Notes: generated from the sequence alone by a model not told the origin. A DNA stretch of 64,000 bases from an uncultured Gammaproteobacteria bacterium (GCA_963809645.1 CAWEKK010000014.1:23960-87959); one strand, 5' to 3'. Shown: positions 34,068 to 44,711, counted from the first letter of the stretch. Numbers and translations: made by a program.

Positions 34068-34539
34068 GTCAACGCCATTGATCGACTCTCCCTGCAGGTA
34101 CTCTTGGATCGCTATGGCTTGAGGTTGCAATTGGTGGCGCCGCGATGAGGTGATTCCCGGCTCGTATTGGGGAGAGCGCGAGGCAGGTCTGATGGGCTCG
34201 AAGATTTTTTCGCGGCTCGACACGCCCCTGCATTCAGTGCTGCATGAAGGCGCTCACTTCATCTGCATGACGCCCGAACGGCGCGCGGGTCTGGACACCG
34301 ATGCCGGCGGAGATCATGCCGAGGAAAATGCCGTGTGCTATCTGCAGATCATCCTGGCCGGACAACTTCCGAATGTCGGAGCGCAGCGGATGTGCGCCGA
34401 TATGGATGCGTGGGGCTATACATTCAGGCTGGGCAGCGCCGCCCGGTGGTTTGAGCGCGATGCCGAAGATGCGCGCGACTGGCTGATCCGCCACGGCGTG
34501 CTGGATTCCGAGGGCGAGCCCACTTATGCCTGCCGCTAG
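34068..34539 (+). pseudogene. Conserved hypothetical protein, probable frame break near 34146
   Basis: VLLVNAIDRLSLQVLLDRYGLRLQLVAPR* is followed in another frame by IPGSYWGEREAGLMG...LHEGAHFICM...AVCYLQIILA...MDAWGYTFRLGS. The start is uncertain and I could not name a family. Confidence 0.4.
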
Positions 34540-35413
34540 CGCGGAACGCGCGGCGCGCCGTTCCGCGTTCGCCGCAGTGACCGCGCTTTTCCTGGAGGGC
34601 TGTTCGCGGCTGGGATTTTTTGCCGCAAATGCTCCGGCGGCGTTTGGTTCGTTCAAGCGCCACGCAAACATTGCCTACGGCGCCGATCCCCAACAGCGCT
34701 TGGATGTTTACGTCCCGCACCAGGCCGCAGCCGCACCCCGGCCGGTGGTCGTGTTTTGGCATGGCGGCCATTGGCGCTACGGAGATAAAGCGGATTATCG
34801 CTTCGTCGGCGCTGCGCTCGCCGAGTCGGGCTACGTGGCGCTGGTGGCCAATTATCGCCACTATCCACAGGTTAAAATGCCCGGATTCATGCACGACGCT
34901 GCGCTTGCTGCGTGCTGGGCGGCCGCGCACTCCGGCGAGTTCGGCGGCGCCGGCGCGCAACTGTACTTGATGGGGCATTCGGCCGGCGCGCACCTGGCCG
35001 CATTGCTGAGCCTCGATCGCCGCTATTTTGCGGCGGCCGAAGACCCCGCGCCGTCGATCGCCGGCGTGATCGGTTTGTCCGGGGCGTATGACTTCTTGCC
35101 GTTGATCGAGCCGGACGTGCAGGACATGTTCGGTCCGCCGCAGCTCTACCCGCAATCGCAGCCCATCAATTTCGTGCGCGCCGATGCACCGCCGATGCTG
35201 CTGGTGCACGGCTTGGAAGATCAGACGGTATTGCCGAAGAACTCGCGCAATCTGGCGGCGGCGTTGCAGGCGATGGGCGTACCGGTGACCCTGAAGCTCT
35301 ATCCCAAGATATCGCATGCCGATACGGCGGCCGCCCTGACGACGCTATTGCGCGGCAGGGCGCCGACGCTGGCCGACATTCAAACCTTCATCGGCCGGCC
35401 GGGGGACCCTTAA
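34526..35413 (+). CDS. Alpha/beta hydrolase (esterase/lipase-type)
   Basis: 295 aa. It has an oxyanion HGG motif (VVFWHGGHWRYGD), the nucleophile elbow GHSAGAH and a C-terminal ...HGLEDQTV...SHAD. Confidence 0.8.
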   Translation: MPAASAERAARRSAFAAVTALFLEGCSRLGFFAANAPAAFGSFKRHANIAYGADPQQRLDVYVPHQAAAAPRPVVVFWHGGHWRYGDKADYRFVGAALAESGYVALVANYRHYPQVKMPGFMHDAALAACWAAAHSGEFGGAGAQLYLMGHSAGAHLAALLSLDRRYFAAAEDPAPSIAGVIGLSGAYDFLPLIEPDVQDMFGPPQLYPQSQPINFVRADAPPMLLVHGLEDQTVLPKNSRNLAAALQAMGVPVTLKLYPKISHADTAAALTTLLRGRAPTLADIQTFIGRPGDP

Positions 35414-36513
35414 GCCGCATGCGCGGCGGCGGGTGCAGCCATGGCGTACACCTTGCCGAAGCGATTTGCCAGGAAGGCCTTCAGGCCGATTTCTTCCTGG
35501 CGGATGAGGCCCGATTGAGGAATCTCGCCGGCGCTCAACATGTCGAGCACTGCGCAAATGCCGCCCGCCGTGGTGATTTGGATGGCGCTGCGCACCCTGC
35601 CACCCAGGGGCGCGGCATAAATTTTGTTGGCGTAGGTCTCTTGCATGAGCTGACCCGCGCGCATGCCGCTGACGGTGACGAAGACGATGACCACGTCTTG
35701 CAGCGTGATCGGAACCGCGTTCTCGAGGATGTCCTTGAGCAATTCACGCCGGTCTCGCAGCCGCAGATCGTTCAGCAGCGCCTTCATGATGGCGGCATGG
35801 CCGGGGTAGCGGATGGTGCGGTAATTGAGATTGCGGACCTTGCCGGCCAGCGTTTCGCACAGGGTGCCGAGTCCGCCTGAGGTGTTGAAGGCTTCGTATA
35901 AAATGCCGTCCAGCGAGAATTCTTCCAATTCCTCCAGCGGCTGGGTTTCGCGCAGTTGGCCGTTGACGATGGCTTCGCACGGCTCGCAGTATTCGTTGAT
36001 GACGCCGTCGGTGCTCCAAGTCAGGTTGTAGTTGAGCGCATTGGACGGAAATTCGGGCAATGCGCCGACTCGCATGCGCACATCATTGAGCTGCTCGAAT
36101 CTCGACGCCAGGTCGGCGGCGACGATGGTAATGAACCCAGGCGCCAACCCGCATTGCGGAATGAAGGCAGTGCGGGCGCCCGCGCTAAGCTGCTTGACCG
36201 CCCGGGTGCTGGCGACATCCTCGGTCAGGTCCAAATAGTGGGCGCCCCCTGCTTTGGCGGCCTCGGCGATCAGTCGCGTGGCGTGATAGGGCGCCGCGGA
36301 CAGTACCGCAAATTTGCCCGACAACAACTTGCGCAGGGCGTCGCCCTGCGTGATGTCAATCGCGGCCTTGCTGATCGGCGCGGAGGTTTCGAGCCGATCT
36401 AATTGTGGCTGCGAGCGATCGACCACGGTCACGGCATAATCGCCGCAACCACCCAGAAACTCAGCGATCATCGAGCCGATCTTGCCGGCACCCACTACTA
36501 CAATCTCTTTCAT
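35410..36513 (-). CDS. Saccharopine dehydrogenase family NAD(P)-binding protein
   Basis: Start MKEIVVVGAGKIGSMIAEFL (Rossmann GxGxxG) with GGAGG upstream. The C-terminal saccharopine-DH-type domain is present. It is divergent from an Lrp/AsnC regulator. Confidence 0.8.
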   Translation of the reverse strand: MKEIVVVGAGKIGSMIAEFLGGCGDYAVTVVDRSQPQLDRLETSAPISKAAIDITQGDALRKLLSGKFAVLSAAPYHATRLIAEAAKAGGAHYLDLTEDVASTRAVKQLSAGARTAFIPQCGLAPGFITIVAADLASRFEQLNDVRMRVGALPEFPSNALNYNLTWSTDGVINEYCEPCEAIVNGQLRETQPLEELEEFSLDGILYEAFNTSGGLGTLCETLAGKVRNLNYRTIRYPGHAAIMKALLNDLRLRDRRELLKDILENAVPITLQDVVIVFVTVSGMRAGQLMQETYANKIYAAPLGGRVRSAIQITTAGGICAVLDMLSAGEIPQSGLIRQEEIGLKAFLANRFGKVYAMAAPAAAHAA

Positions 36514-36586
36514 AAGGCCTCCCTGAAGCCCCCATTTTTGTCGCAAGCCCTGGCAGATGGTAGGGTCATTCTGTGCAAATGTAAGG

Positions 36587-36592
36587 TATAAT
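36587..36592 (+). promoter_or_regulatory. Consensus -10 hexamer TATAAT upstream of the Lrp/AsnC gene
   Basis: Perfect TATAAT about 36 nt upstream of the 36628 start, in an AT-rich patch of the divergent region. No convincing -35 element was found. Confidence 0.3.
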
Positions 36593-36627
36593 TACGACAT
36601 TACGCAGGCTAGTAACGACGAATTGCC

Positions 36628-37053
36628 GTGGATTCCATTGACGAGAAGCTTTTGTCGGCATTGCGCGAAAACGGCCGCGCTTCGACCGCCATGCTGGCGC
36701 GCTTGGTGGGGCGTTCGCGCACCAGCGTCCAAAGCCGCATCGAGCGCTTGGAGAAGCAGGGGATAATCGTAGGCTACGGGGTTCGCTTGGCGCCGGAGCA
36801 CGGCGCCGGTGCGGTGCGTGCTCATGTCATGATCAAGGTGGGGCCGAAAGAGGCGCGCGTGGTGAGCGCGGCGCTGCGCGAGATTCCGCAGGTGAGAATG
36901 CTGCACTCAGTGAGCGGCGATGTGGACTTGATTGCCGTTGCGGTTACCGCTTCGGTCGCGGAGATGGATCTGGTGATCGATCGGATCGGGGCGCTGGACG
37001 GAGTAGAGCGCACCAACTCCTCGATCATTCTGTCGACGAAGTTCGAACGGTGA
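36628..37053 (+). CDS. Lrp/AsnC family transcriptional regulator
   Basis: 141 aa. MDSIDEKLLSALRENGRASTAMLARLVGRSRTSVQSRIERLEKQGII, followed by an RAM/ACT-like domain. Confidence 0.9.
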   Translation: MDSIDEKLLSALRENGRASTAMLARLVGRSRTSVQSRIERLEKQGIIVGYGVRLAPEHGAGAVRAHVMIKVGPKEARVVSAALREIPQVRMLHSVSGDVDLIAVAVTASVAEMDLVIDRIGALDGVERTNSSIILSTKFER

Positions 37054-38417
37054 ATCAGGGCGCCGGCGCCGGCGGACGGTCGCTGAACTTCTTGTTGCCG
37101 ACCATGGGCAGCGCCGGCGACGTCCATCCCTTCATCGCCCTCGGCGCGGCGCTCAAGGCGCGCGGCCACCGCGCGACAATTCTGACCAATCCTATTTTTC
37201 AAGCGCTGATCGAATCGCAGGGCTTAGGGTTTCTGCCGGTGGGGACGTCGCAGGAGGCGCACAACGCGATTGCAAATCCGGATCTCTGGCATTTGCGCAA
37301 AGGCTTTAAAATCATCGCGCAAGTGATCGTGCCCGCCGTCGCCGATGTCTATCGCCTGATTCAGAAGCATGCGGACGCTGATACCGTGGTGGCGTTTTCC
37401 AGCCTGGCCTTCGGCGCACGTTTGGCGCAAGAAAAATTAGGCGTTCCGAGCGCGTCTGTGCATCTGCAGCCGAGCGTGATCCGTACCTACGCCGATCAGG
37501 GTATGTTCGGCAACATCCGACTTTCTGCTTCGCACCCGCTGTGGTTCAAACAGAGCCTGTTTCGCCTGGTCGATACGCTGGTGTTGGACCGCAGCCTGAA
37601 AAAGCCCCTCAATGCCCTGCGCGCAACACTGGGGCTGCCGCCCATAGACCGGGTCATGCATCGGTGGATGCATTCGCCGCAACTGGTGATCGCGTTCTTT
37701 CCCGAATGGTTCGCCGCGCCCCAGTCCGACTGGCCGATGAATGCCCATGCCGTCGGTTTCCCTCTCTGGGATGGCGGCGGCGAAGCGGCGCTCCTGGCGG
37801 ATGCGGCGGAGTTTCTCGACGCAGGGGCGGCGCCGATCGTTTTCACGCCAGGTTCGGCCGGCTCAACGATGCAGAGATTTTTCCGGGAGTCGGTGCGGGC
37901 CGCGCGGCAACTCGACATGCGCGCAATGCTGGTGACCAACTATCCGGAACAGGTTCCGCGCAGCCTGCCGGCCAATATCAAGGTCTTCGGCTACCTGCCG
38001 TTCAGTCTGGTGCTGCCGCGTGCCGCATTGCTGGTCTATCACGGCGGCGTGGGCACCCTGGCACAAGGCATCAAAGCGGCCGTACCGCATTTGGTGGTGC
38101 CGCATGGCTATGATCAGTTCGACAGCGGATGGCGCATCGAGGAACTCGGATTGGGCGGCACCATCCCCGAAACCCGCTATCGCGCAAAGCGTGTGGCTCG
38201 AACCGTCGAACTTATTCTGGGTGACGAAACGGCGGGGGCGCGACGCCGGCAATTCGCCGCGCGCATCGACTCCCAGGGTGCGCTCGAGCGTGCCTGCACA
38301 TTGATAGAAGGATTGGCGCACAAAGAGAAAAAAACGGCGTGGATTTTGCGGCCCACGCCGCCGGAATATCGCACCAGCGGGGGAGTTGGCTGGCTTGCCG
38401 GCGCGAGGTTCTCCTAA
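37050..38417 (+). CDS. GT1 family (MGT/UDP-glycosyltransferase-like) glycosyltransferase
   Basis: 455 aa. The N-terminus reads LLPTMGSAGDVHPFIALGAALKARGH. The C-terminal sugar-donor motif is LLVYHGGVGTLAQGIKAAVPHLVVPHGYDQFD. Confidence 0.8.
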   Translation: MNQGAGAGGRSLNFLLPTMGSAGDVHPFIALGAALKARGHRATILTNPIFQALIESQGLGFLPVGTSQEAHNAIANPDLWHLRKGFKIIAQVIVPAVADVYRLIQKHADADTVVAFSSLAFGARLAQEKLGVPSASVHLQPSVIRTYADQGMFGNIRLSASHPLWFKQSLFRLVDTLVLDRSLKKPLNALRATLGLPPIDRVMHRWMHSPQLVIAFFPEWFAAPQSDWPMNAHAVGFPLWDGGGEAALLADAAEFLDAGAAPIVFTPGSAGSTMQRFFRESVRAARQLDMRAMLVTNYPEQVPRSLPANIKVFGYLPFSLVLPRAALLVYHGGVGTLAQGIKAAVPHLVVPHGYDQFDSGWRIEELGLGGTIPETRYRAKRVARTVELILGDETAGARRRQFAARIDSQGALERACTLIEGLAHKEKKTAWILRPTPPEYRTSGGVGWLAGARFS

Positions 38418-38440
38418 AACTTAAGGATCCATCCTGCCAA

Positions 38441-38560
38441 AACCCCATGAAAGAAAAAGGTACACTTTATATTCGATAGTTAAGTTTTAATCACTTGTCA
38501 GAATTCTATGTATATGATAAATGCGATTAACTTATTGAAATTAATACAATAATTTCGGCC
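38441..38560. other. AT-rich (~28% GC by hand count) non-coding stretch between convergent genes
   Basis: I counted 33 G+C in 120 nt, against a window that is ~64% GC by eye. It contains TTAAGTTTTAA and TTAACTTATTGAAATTAA motifs and has no credible ORF. Confidence 0.7.
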
Positions 38561-38584
38561 GTTGCCACCGAAGTTCCGGCAACG
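38560..38584 (-). terminator. Possible intrinsic terminator hairpin for the amino-acid permease
   Basis: 7-bp stem CGTTGCC/GGCAACG with an 11-nt loop. On the minus strand it is followed by the A/T-rich AAATTATTGTATTAATTT. It lies about 80 nt downstream of the permease stop. Confidence 0.3.
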
Positions 38585-38662
38585 CTACTCGCGCAATCGC
38601 TGCGAATCAGCAGCTTAGGCGCAGAAGTTCTATCGGACCTCTCGGGCTGATCGGCCGGGAAA

Positions 38663-40067
38663 TCAGACAGCCGGCGATGCAGCGGTTCGCGGCTGACGCA
38701 CCCGACGCACAATCAGGTAGGCGGCCACTGCGACGATCAACGTGATGCAGCTGAATTTAAAGTCCTGCTGCTGGCCGGGCGTGAAGGCCATGGCGATCAA
38801 TACGGCGGCCATGCAGGCGATGGCCAGATAGCTCAAGTAAGGAAACAACCACATGGCGACCGGCGGTGCTGGTTCGCCATTGCGCTCGCGCCGTCGGCGC
38901 AGCGCGATCTGCGCGGCTGCCGTCACCATGTAGATGAACACGATGAGCGCACCGGATGAGCTCACCAAAAAATCGAACACCTTCTGAGGCGCTTCGGTTG
39001 CAGCGATGATCCCCAGGAAACCCGCCGCTGCGCCGATCAGTACCGACACCACCGGCACGCGGCGACGGTTTAACTTGATGAAGGATTGCGGCGCGTCGCC
39101 GCGCTCGGCAAGAATGAACAGCACCCGCGAACTGACATAAAACGCCGAGTTCAAGCACGACAGCACCGCGGTCAGGATGATGAAGCTCATGATGGTTCCG
39201 GCCCATGGCACATGCATGGTATTGAGCGCCAGGGTGAACGGCGATTCGCCGGAACGCACCGTGTTCCAGGGGATCACCGAAACGATCAGGAACACCGACA
39301 CCACGTAGAAAATCAAAATGCGCCATATGACGGTGGTGGTCATTTTGGCGATGGCCCGCCCCGGCTGCGCAGATTCCGCCGCGGCCACGGTGGTGATCTC
39401 GGCGCCGGTCATGGCAAAAAACACCGTCGGCGCCGCGGCGAGCACCGCAATCCACCCGCGCGGCGTGAAACCGCCATTGTTCAACAGATTTCCGAAACTG
39501 CTGCCCACGGGGGACGTCCAGCCGAAGGCATAAGACGCCGCAATAACAATGAATGCCAGGATTGCGGCGACTTTGATGGACGCGAACCAGAACTCGAATT
39601 CTGCATAGGAGCGCGCCGACATGAGATTCACGGCGGTCATGATGCTCATGAGGCCAAGACCGATCTGCAGCTGCGTGTAGGAGGGCATCCAGTGCTGCAG
39701 TATTTTCGCGCCGGCTATGGCTTCGACCGGCACCACGATGACCCAGAAATACCAATACAGCCAGCCGACCACAAAGCCCGCGCCATCGCCGAGTCCCGAG
39801 CGGGCAAATTCCGTGAAGGAGCGTACCTGCGGGCAGCGCGGTCGCCATCTCGCCCAGCATGCGCATCACCAGCAAAATCAGCAGGCCGGTAACGGCGTAG
39901 CTGATGAACACCGCCGGACCTGCCGCGATGATCGAGGTGCTGCTGCCGACAAACAGACCCGCGCCGATGATTCCACCGATCGAGATCATTGCGAGATGCC
40001 GCCCTTTCAGCGAGCGGCTGAGCTGATGCGCGGATTCGGGCTGTTGCGGAATACTCGACTGGATCAT
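38663..40067 (-). pseudogene. APC family amino acid permease (GabP/AroP-like), one frame break near 39825-39835
   Basis: The N-terminus reads LKGRHLAMISIGGIIGAGLFVGSS...LGEMATALP. It then continues SFTEFARSGLGDGAGFVVGWLYWYFWVIVVPVEA... with 12-TM-type helices. Confidence 0.85.
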
Positions 40068-40098
40068 TGGCGGTCCTCGGGTGGTAACCGTATGCGGC

Positions 40099-41077
40099 CT
40101 AGAGGCCGCGCAGAAAATCGATCATCGCCCGGTTGACCTCGCCGGCGCGTTCTTGCTGCGTCCAGTGGCCGCAGCCCGGCAGCATGACGGTGCCGCGCAG
40201 TTGGGGTATGTAGCGTGCGAGGTCGGCGATGACTTCCTTCATGCGCGGAAAAGACACCACGAGATCGAGATCGCCCGCCATGTACAGCGCCGGCACGGTC
40301 ACCGCGGCGCCGGCATACGGCGCCAACAATTCCCAGTTGCGGTCGATGTTGCGGTACCAGTTGAGGCCGCCGCGAAATCCCGACTGCTGAAATTGCTGCA
40401 CATAGAGATCCGAGGTCCGCTTCGCTAAGCCAGGCAGGCAGCGTATCCGGATTCGGCATGCGGGTGAGAAATCCGCCGGCGCGCGGCACCATGCCGACGC
40501 CGGCGCTCGGCGCGCCGGGATTGCGTCTCGGCACATCCCCGGATCCTGAATACAAAATCTTGCGAAGCGAGATGCGGGCGTCCGCCTCGAGCTCGGTCTC
40601 CGCCGCGCCCGGCGCTTGGAAATACAGCTGATAGAAATGAGCATCGGCGTTTTGCGGCATCACGCTCGTCGGCGCGATGCTGCCGCGCGGCCGATACGGC
40701 ACACTGAGTCCCACGACCGCGCGGAATCGATCCGGCCGCATGAGCGCTGCATGCCAGGCAACCGGCGCTCCCCAGTCATGTCCGGCGATTACCGCGGTCT
40801 TTTCGCCGAGCGCATCGAGCAAACCGACCATGTCACCGACGAGGTGAAACAAGGTGTAGCGCTCGATTTCCGCCGGCCGATCGCTCATGCCATAACCGCG
40901 CATGTCCGGCGCCACCGCGTGAAAGCCGGCGGCCGACAACGCTTTTAGTTGATGCCGCCATGAATACCAGGATTCCGGAAATCCATGGCAAAGCAGCACC
41001 AGGGGCCCGCTGCCCTGCTCGGCAAGATGAATGCGGATGCCATTGGCTTCGACGGTGCGGTGGCCGATCTCGTTCAT
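40099..41077 (-). pseudogene. Alpha/beta-fold epoxide hydrolase, one frame break near 40425
   Basis: HGFPESWYSWRHQ (HGxP oxyanion motif), GHDWGAPVAW (nucleophile Asp). After the break: YVQQFQQSGFRGGLNWYRN...LPGCGHWTQQE (catalytic His). Confidence 0.8.
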
Positions 41078-41095
41078 GGCGCTAGCGTAGCAGGC

Positions 41096-42503
41096 TTACT
41101 GCGCATGATCCTTCATGGCGGCGAGTTTGGCCTCCAATTCAGCGCCAAAATAGGCCTGCGGCTTGGAAGGATCGACATGCTCGCGCCGTTCACGCGCCGC
41201 GATGGCGGACTTGGCCTGGTCGAAGGCATCCCGCAACGAGCGGGCCTCAGGCAGGGCGTCGCGATAAAAGGCCTCGCCGAAGTAGGTCAGATCGCTGTCG
41301 TTCGCGCAGCCGAACGAGGTGCGATCGGCGGCGGCCGCCGTAATGACAATGGTGCGGGGATCCTTCAAAGACTCGATGAAGCCGCCCGCGTAGCAGGCCG
41401 AAATAATGATCACGCGCCACTTGATGCCGGCGTCGTCCAAGGCAGCGGCCAGGTCTTCATCGCTCAAGTCATTGAACGGCAGATCCGAGTTCGAGACCGC
41501 GATCGCCGGATCCCGGGCGCCATGCGAGGAAATCGCCAGGAACAGCACATCGCGATCCAGGTTCATTCTTGCGGCAAGTCCGCGCAGCGAATATCTCAAC
41601 GCTGCCGCGCTGGCCAACGGCGCGCTCTCCAGATCGCGCTCATCGTTGATCAGCGATAAGCTTCTGCCGTCCATGCCATAGCGCTCGGACAATACGCGCG
41701 ATGCCAGGCCGATTTCCTGAGCGAACACCTTCTGTTCACCGACGCCCGCAAACCCAAGAAAAAAGCCCTTCGCACTTGGCGAGGCATCCGGATGAATGGC
41801 GGCGAGGGCTTGATCGATGCGCGCCGACTGCCCGAAGAGCAATTCTTCCGCATCGGCATGAGAATCGCTGCCGGCTTCGGGCTCGGCGGCTTCCTGCGCG
41901 GTCCACACGTCCGGAATTGCGTCCAGCGCGTCGCTAGCCCAGATAAAACCCACCAGCAGGGCGACGCCGGCGAACGCTGCCGCCCGTTGCGATTCGCCGG
42001 TGAAGGCGCGCAGGCCGCGCGCGAGATAACAGAAGGAGTAAACCAGCACGGCGATTGCCGCGGCAACGAGCCAAACGGGATTCAAATAGGGCGCCAGAAT
42101 TGCCTCGAGCAGCAACGGCATGGGCACCAGTCCCAGGGAGAGCAAAAGCGCCGCGGCATAATTCGCGCGGGGTGTTGATAGCCGTTGCAGCAGCGCTGCC
42201 ATTGCCAAGATTGCCAGCGCGTACCACGCGAGCAAGGGGGTGCCGGAACCGAGAAATTGCGGTTCCGGCTGCGCCTGCCACCAATCGATCGCCACCCACA
42301 GGACAAGCCACAAAATGCCGAGGCAAATCAACAAGGAAGTAGCCGGAGATTGAGCCGCGAATTTTTTCAATGCCCACAGCCGCAGCAACAACGCCGCCGA
42401 GCGTAGGCGTTCCGGGGGCGGCCTCGGGGGCGGGTCCAGGGGCGATGCGGGAGCTTCGGGAGCGGCCGGCATTGAGTCGTGGTCTGCCATTATTGAGATC
42501 ATA
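41096..42503 (-). CDS. Membrane-anchored peptidase C13 (legumain-like) family protein
   Basis: Pro-rich N-terminus, about 5 TM helices, then a caspase/legumain-like domain with the His-Gly (FLAISSHGARD) and Ala-Cys (VIIISACYAGGF) dyad motifs. The track ORF upstream of 42503 is antisense to the next gene. Confidence 0.7.
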
Positions 42504-42556
42504 GCTTGCCGCACGCGGTGTTGCGCATGGCCTGCGCTCGGCCTGATGATGCGCGC

Positions 42557-43075
42557 ATGAGCTTGTACGCATTGGGAAACGATTCGCCGTTGGTGGCCGC
42601 GAGCGCCTATGTGGCCCCGACTGCGGCGGTAATCGGCAAGGTCGTGCTGGCGGAGAACAGCACGGTCTGGTTCGGCGCCACGCTGCGCGGAGACAACGAA
42701 ACCATCAGCGTCGGCGCCGGCAGCAACGTGCAGGATTCGACGGTCATGCACACGGATCCGGGATTTCCCCTCAACATCGGCGCGCAGGTGTCCGTCGGGC
42801 ACCAGGCGATGATGCATGGCTGCACGGTGGGCGAGGGTAGTTTGATCGGCATCCAAGCGATCGTTCTGAACGGCGCCGTCATCGGCAAGGGGTGTCTCGT
42901 CGGAGCGGGCGCACTCATCACCGAGCGCAAGGTGTTCGCCGACGGCACGCTCATTATCGGCGCGCCCGCCAGGGCGGTTCGTGAACTCACCGCGGAGGAA
43001 CGGGAGAATCTGCTCAAGGTCGCCGCTAATTATGCCGAGCGCGGCGCCTACTACCGGACTCACCGAAGCTCATTT
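42557..43075 (+). CDS. Gamma-class carbonic anhydrase / LbH hexapeptide-repeat protein (YrdA/PaaY-like); 3' end uncertain
   Basis: MSLYALGNDSPLV..., WFGATLRGDNETISVGAGSNVQDSTVMH, VGHQAMMHGCTVGEGSLIG. There is no in-frame stop before the next gene, so the frame runs on to 44326. Confidence 0.75.
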
Positions 43076-43141
43076 GAGCCGGAGCGGTGCTACTATTCCG
43101 GCCCGAATCTTTTAAGAATCGCTCGAACGGGAGAGAAGCGA

Positions 43142-44673
43142 ATGGCCAATGAACCGGGTAGTGGATTGAACAGACGTGATTTCGTGCAAGGCGCAGTGTC
43201 CGGCGCGATGCTGGCGGCGGTCCCGACTGCAGCTTTCGCCGCCGCTACGGCGAATGATTCCGATAAGGCTGCCGTCCTGGCGCAGATACCGAAAATGCAT
43301 GCCGCAAACATCAAGCGTTTGCAAGACTGGATTGCGCTGCCTTCAATCGCTGCCGAGAACCGAAATTTTCCGCAAGGCCCTGAGCATATGGCGAAGCTCG
43401 CGCAGGACGCGGGATTTACCGGCGTAAAGTTGGTGCCGACGTCAGGCAAGTCCGGCGTGTTCGGCAAGATCGATGCCGGCGCGAAAACCACCATGGCCAT
43501 TTACTTCATGTACGACGTGAAGCAGTTCGTGCCGGAGGAATGGAGTTCGCCGCCGCTGGAGGCGCGGCTCGTCCAGAAGGAAGGACTCGGGACGGTCTGC
43601 ATGGGCCGCGGCGCGGTCAATCAAAAAGGGCCCGAGAATTCCTTCCTGAGCGCCTTGATGGCATTCAAGGCGGCCGGCAAGAAGCTGCCTGTGAATCTGG
43701 TGCTCGTGTGCGAGGGTGAAGAAGAAATCGCATCGCCGCATTTTCACGAAGTGATTGCCAATCCCGAGGTTCTGGCGGAACTGAAGAAATGCGCCGGGGT
43801 TTTTATGCCCGAGGCGGGTCAGGATCGAGAAGGCAATGTCGAGGTATCGTTGGGTGCCAAGGGTGTGGTTGAACTGGAACTGATATCAAGCGGCGAGAAG
43901 TGGGGCCGCGGACCCGCCCACGATGTGCATTCCAGCCTCGAGGCGCAAGTAGATTCACCCACGTGGCACCTGATCCAGGCGTTGAACACCCTGGTTGAGA
44001 AGGACGGCCATACGCCGGCGGTGGAGGGTTTCTTTGACCTGGCGAAACCGCTCACTCCTGCGCAGGAGCAGATGATCAAGGAACACGCGGCGAAGAGCTC
44101 GGAGAGTGTCGTGAAGCAGGCGCTGGGCGTGCAGCACTGGGTGCACGACAAGAATTGGGTGGAATCGCTGATGCTGCTCGAGTCGCGTCCGACCATCAAT
44201 ATCGAAGGCCTGGTGGCGGGATACACCGGTCCGGGCGGCAAGACCGTATTGCCGCACCAGGCGGTGGCGAAGATCGACATGCGGCTGGTACCGGACATGA
44301 CGGCGCCGACACGCTCGCCAAGTTGAAGGCGCACCTGGCAAAGCATGGTTTCGCCGACGTCGAGGTCAATATGAGCGGCGGCTACAACCCGACGCAAACC
44401 GACCCAAACAGCAAGTTGATTCAAGACGCAGCTTGCGACCTATAGGAAACTGGGCTCGAATCCGAACTGTGGCCGCGCTCGGCGGGCTCGTGGCCCGGCT
44501 ATGTGTTCACCGATGCACCGTTGAGCCTGCCCGCGGGCCATTTTGGGTTGGGTCACGGAACCGGTGCGCATGCGCCGAACGAATACTACTTGATCGAATC
44601 GACCAATCCGAAGATTCAGGGCCTGGACGGTGCCGTGGCCTCCTTCGTCGAGTATTTGTACGCGCTGGGCTAG
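43142..44673 (+). pseudogene. Tat-exported M20 family peptidase, two frame breaks
   Basis: GGGAGA RBS and Tat signal MANEPGSGLNRRDFVQGAVSGAMLAAVPTAAFA. The M20 body includes ...LVCEGEEEIASPHF. The tail ...AKLKAHLAKHGFADVEV / ...GLGHGTGAHAPNEYY...EYLYALG* is in other frames. Breaks lie near 44305 and 44440. Confidence 0.8.
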
Positions 44674-44711
44674 GGAGTCTTGAGGAGGCGGGCAGGCCAT
44701 GCCCAGGCGGC

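Noticed and set aside
38447-38479. 10-codon ORF (MKEKGTLYIR*) in the AT-rich gap
   Set aside because: It has no Shine-Dalgarno sequence, and an ORF this short is expected by chance in AT-rich DNA.
38418-38510. Cloning or vector scar suggested by clustered CTTAAG, GGATCC and GAATTC sites
   Set aside because: Three 6-bp sites in an AT-rich 90-nt stretch is compatible with chance. No vector-like sequence or polylinker order is recognisable.
41096-43063. 655-aa track ORF taken as a single gene
   Set aside because: It is a chimera. Only 41096-42503 (from MISIMADHD...) is the C13 peptidase. The upstream 560 nt is an open antisense frame across the gamma-CA gene.
42506-44326. A genuine bifunctional gamma-CA-M20 peptidase fusion
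   Set aside because: An internal RBS, an ATG and a twin-arginine export signal sit at the junction. A buried Tat signal is implausible, so a lost stop codon through an indel is the simpler explanation.
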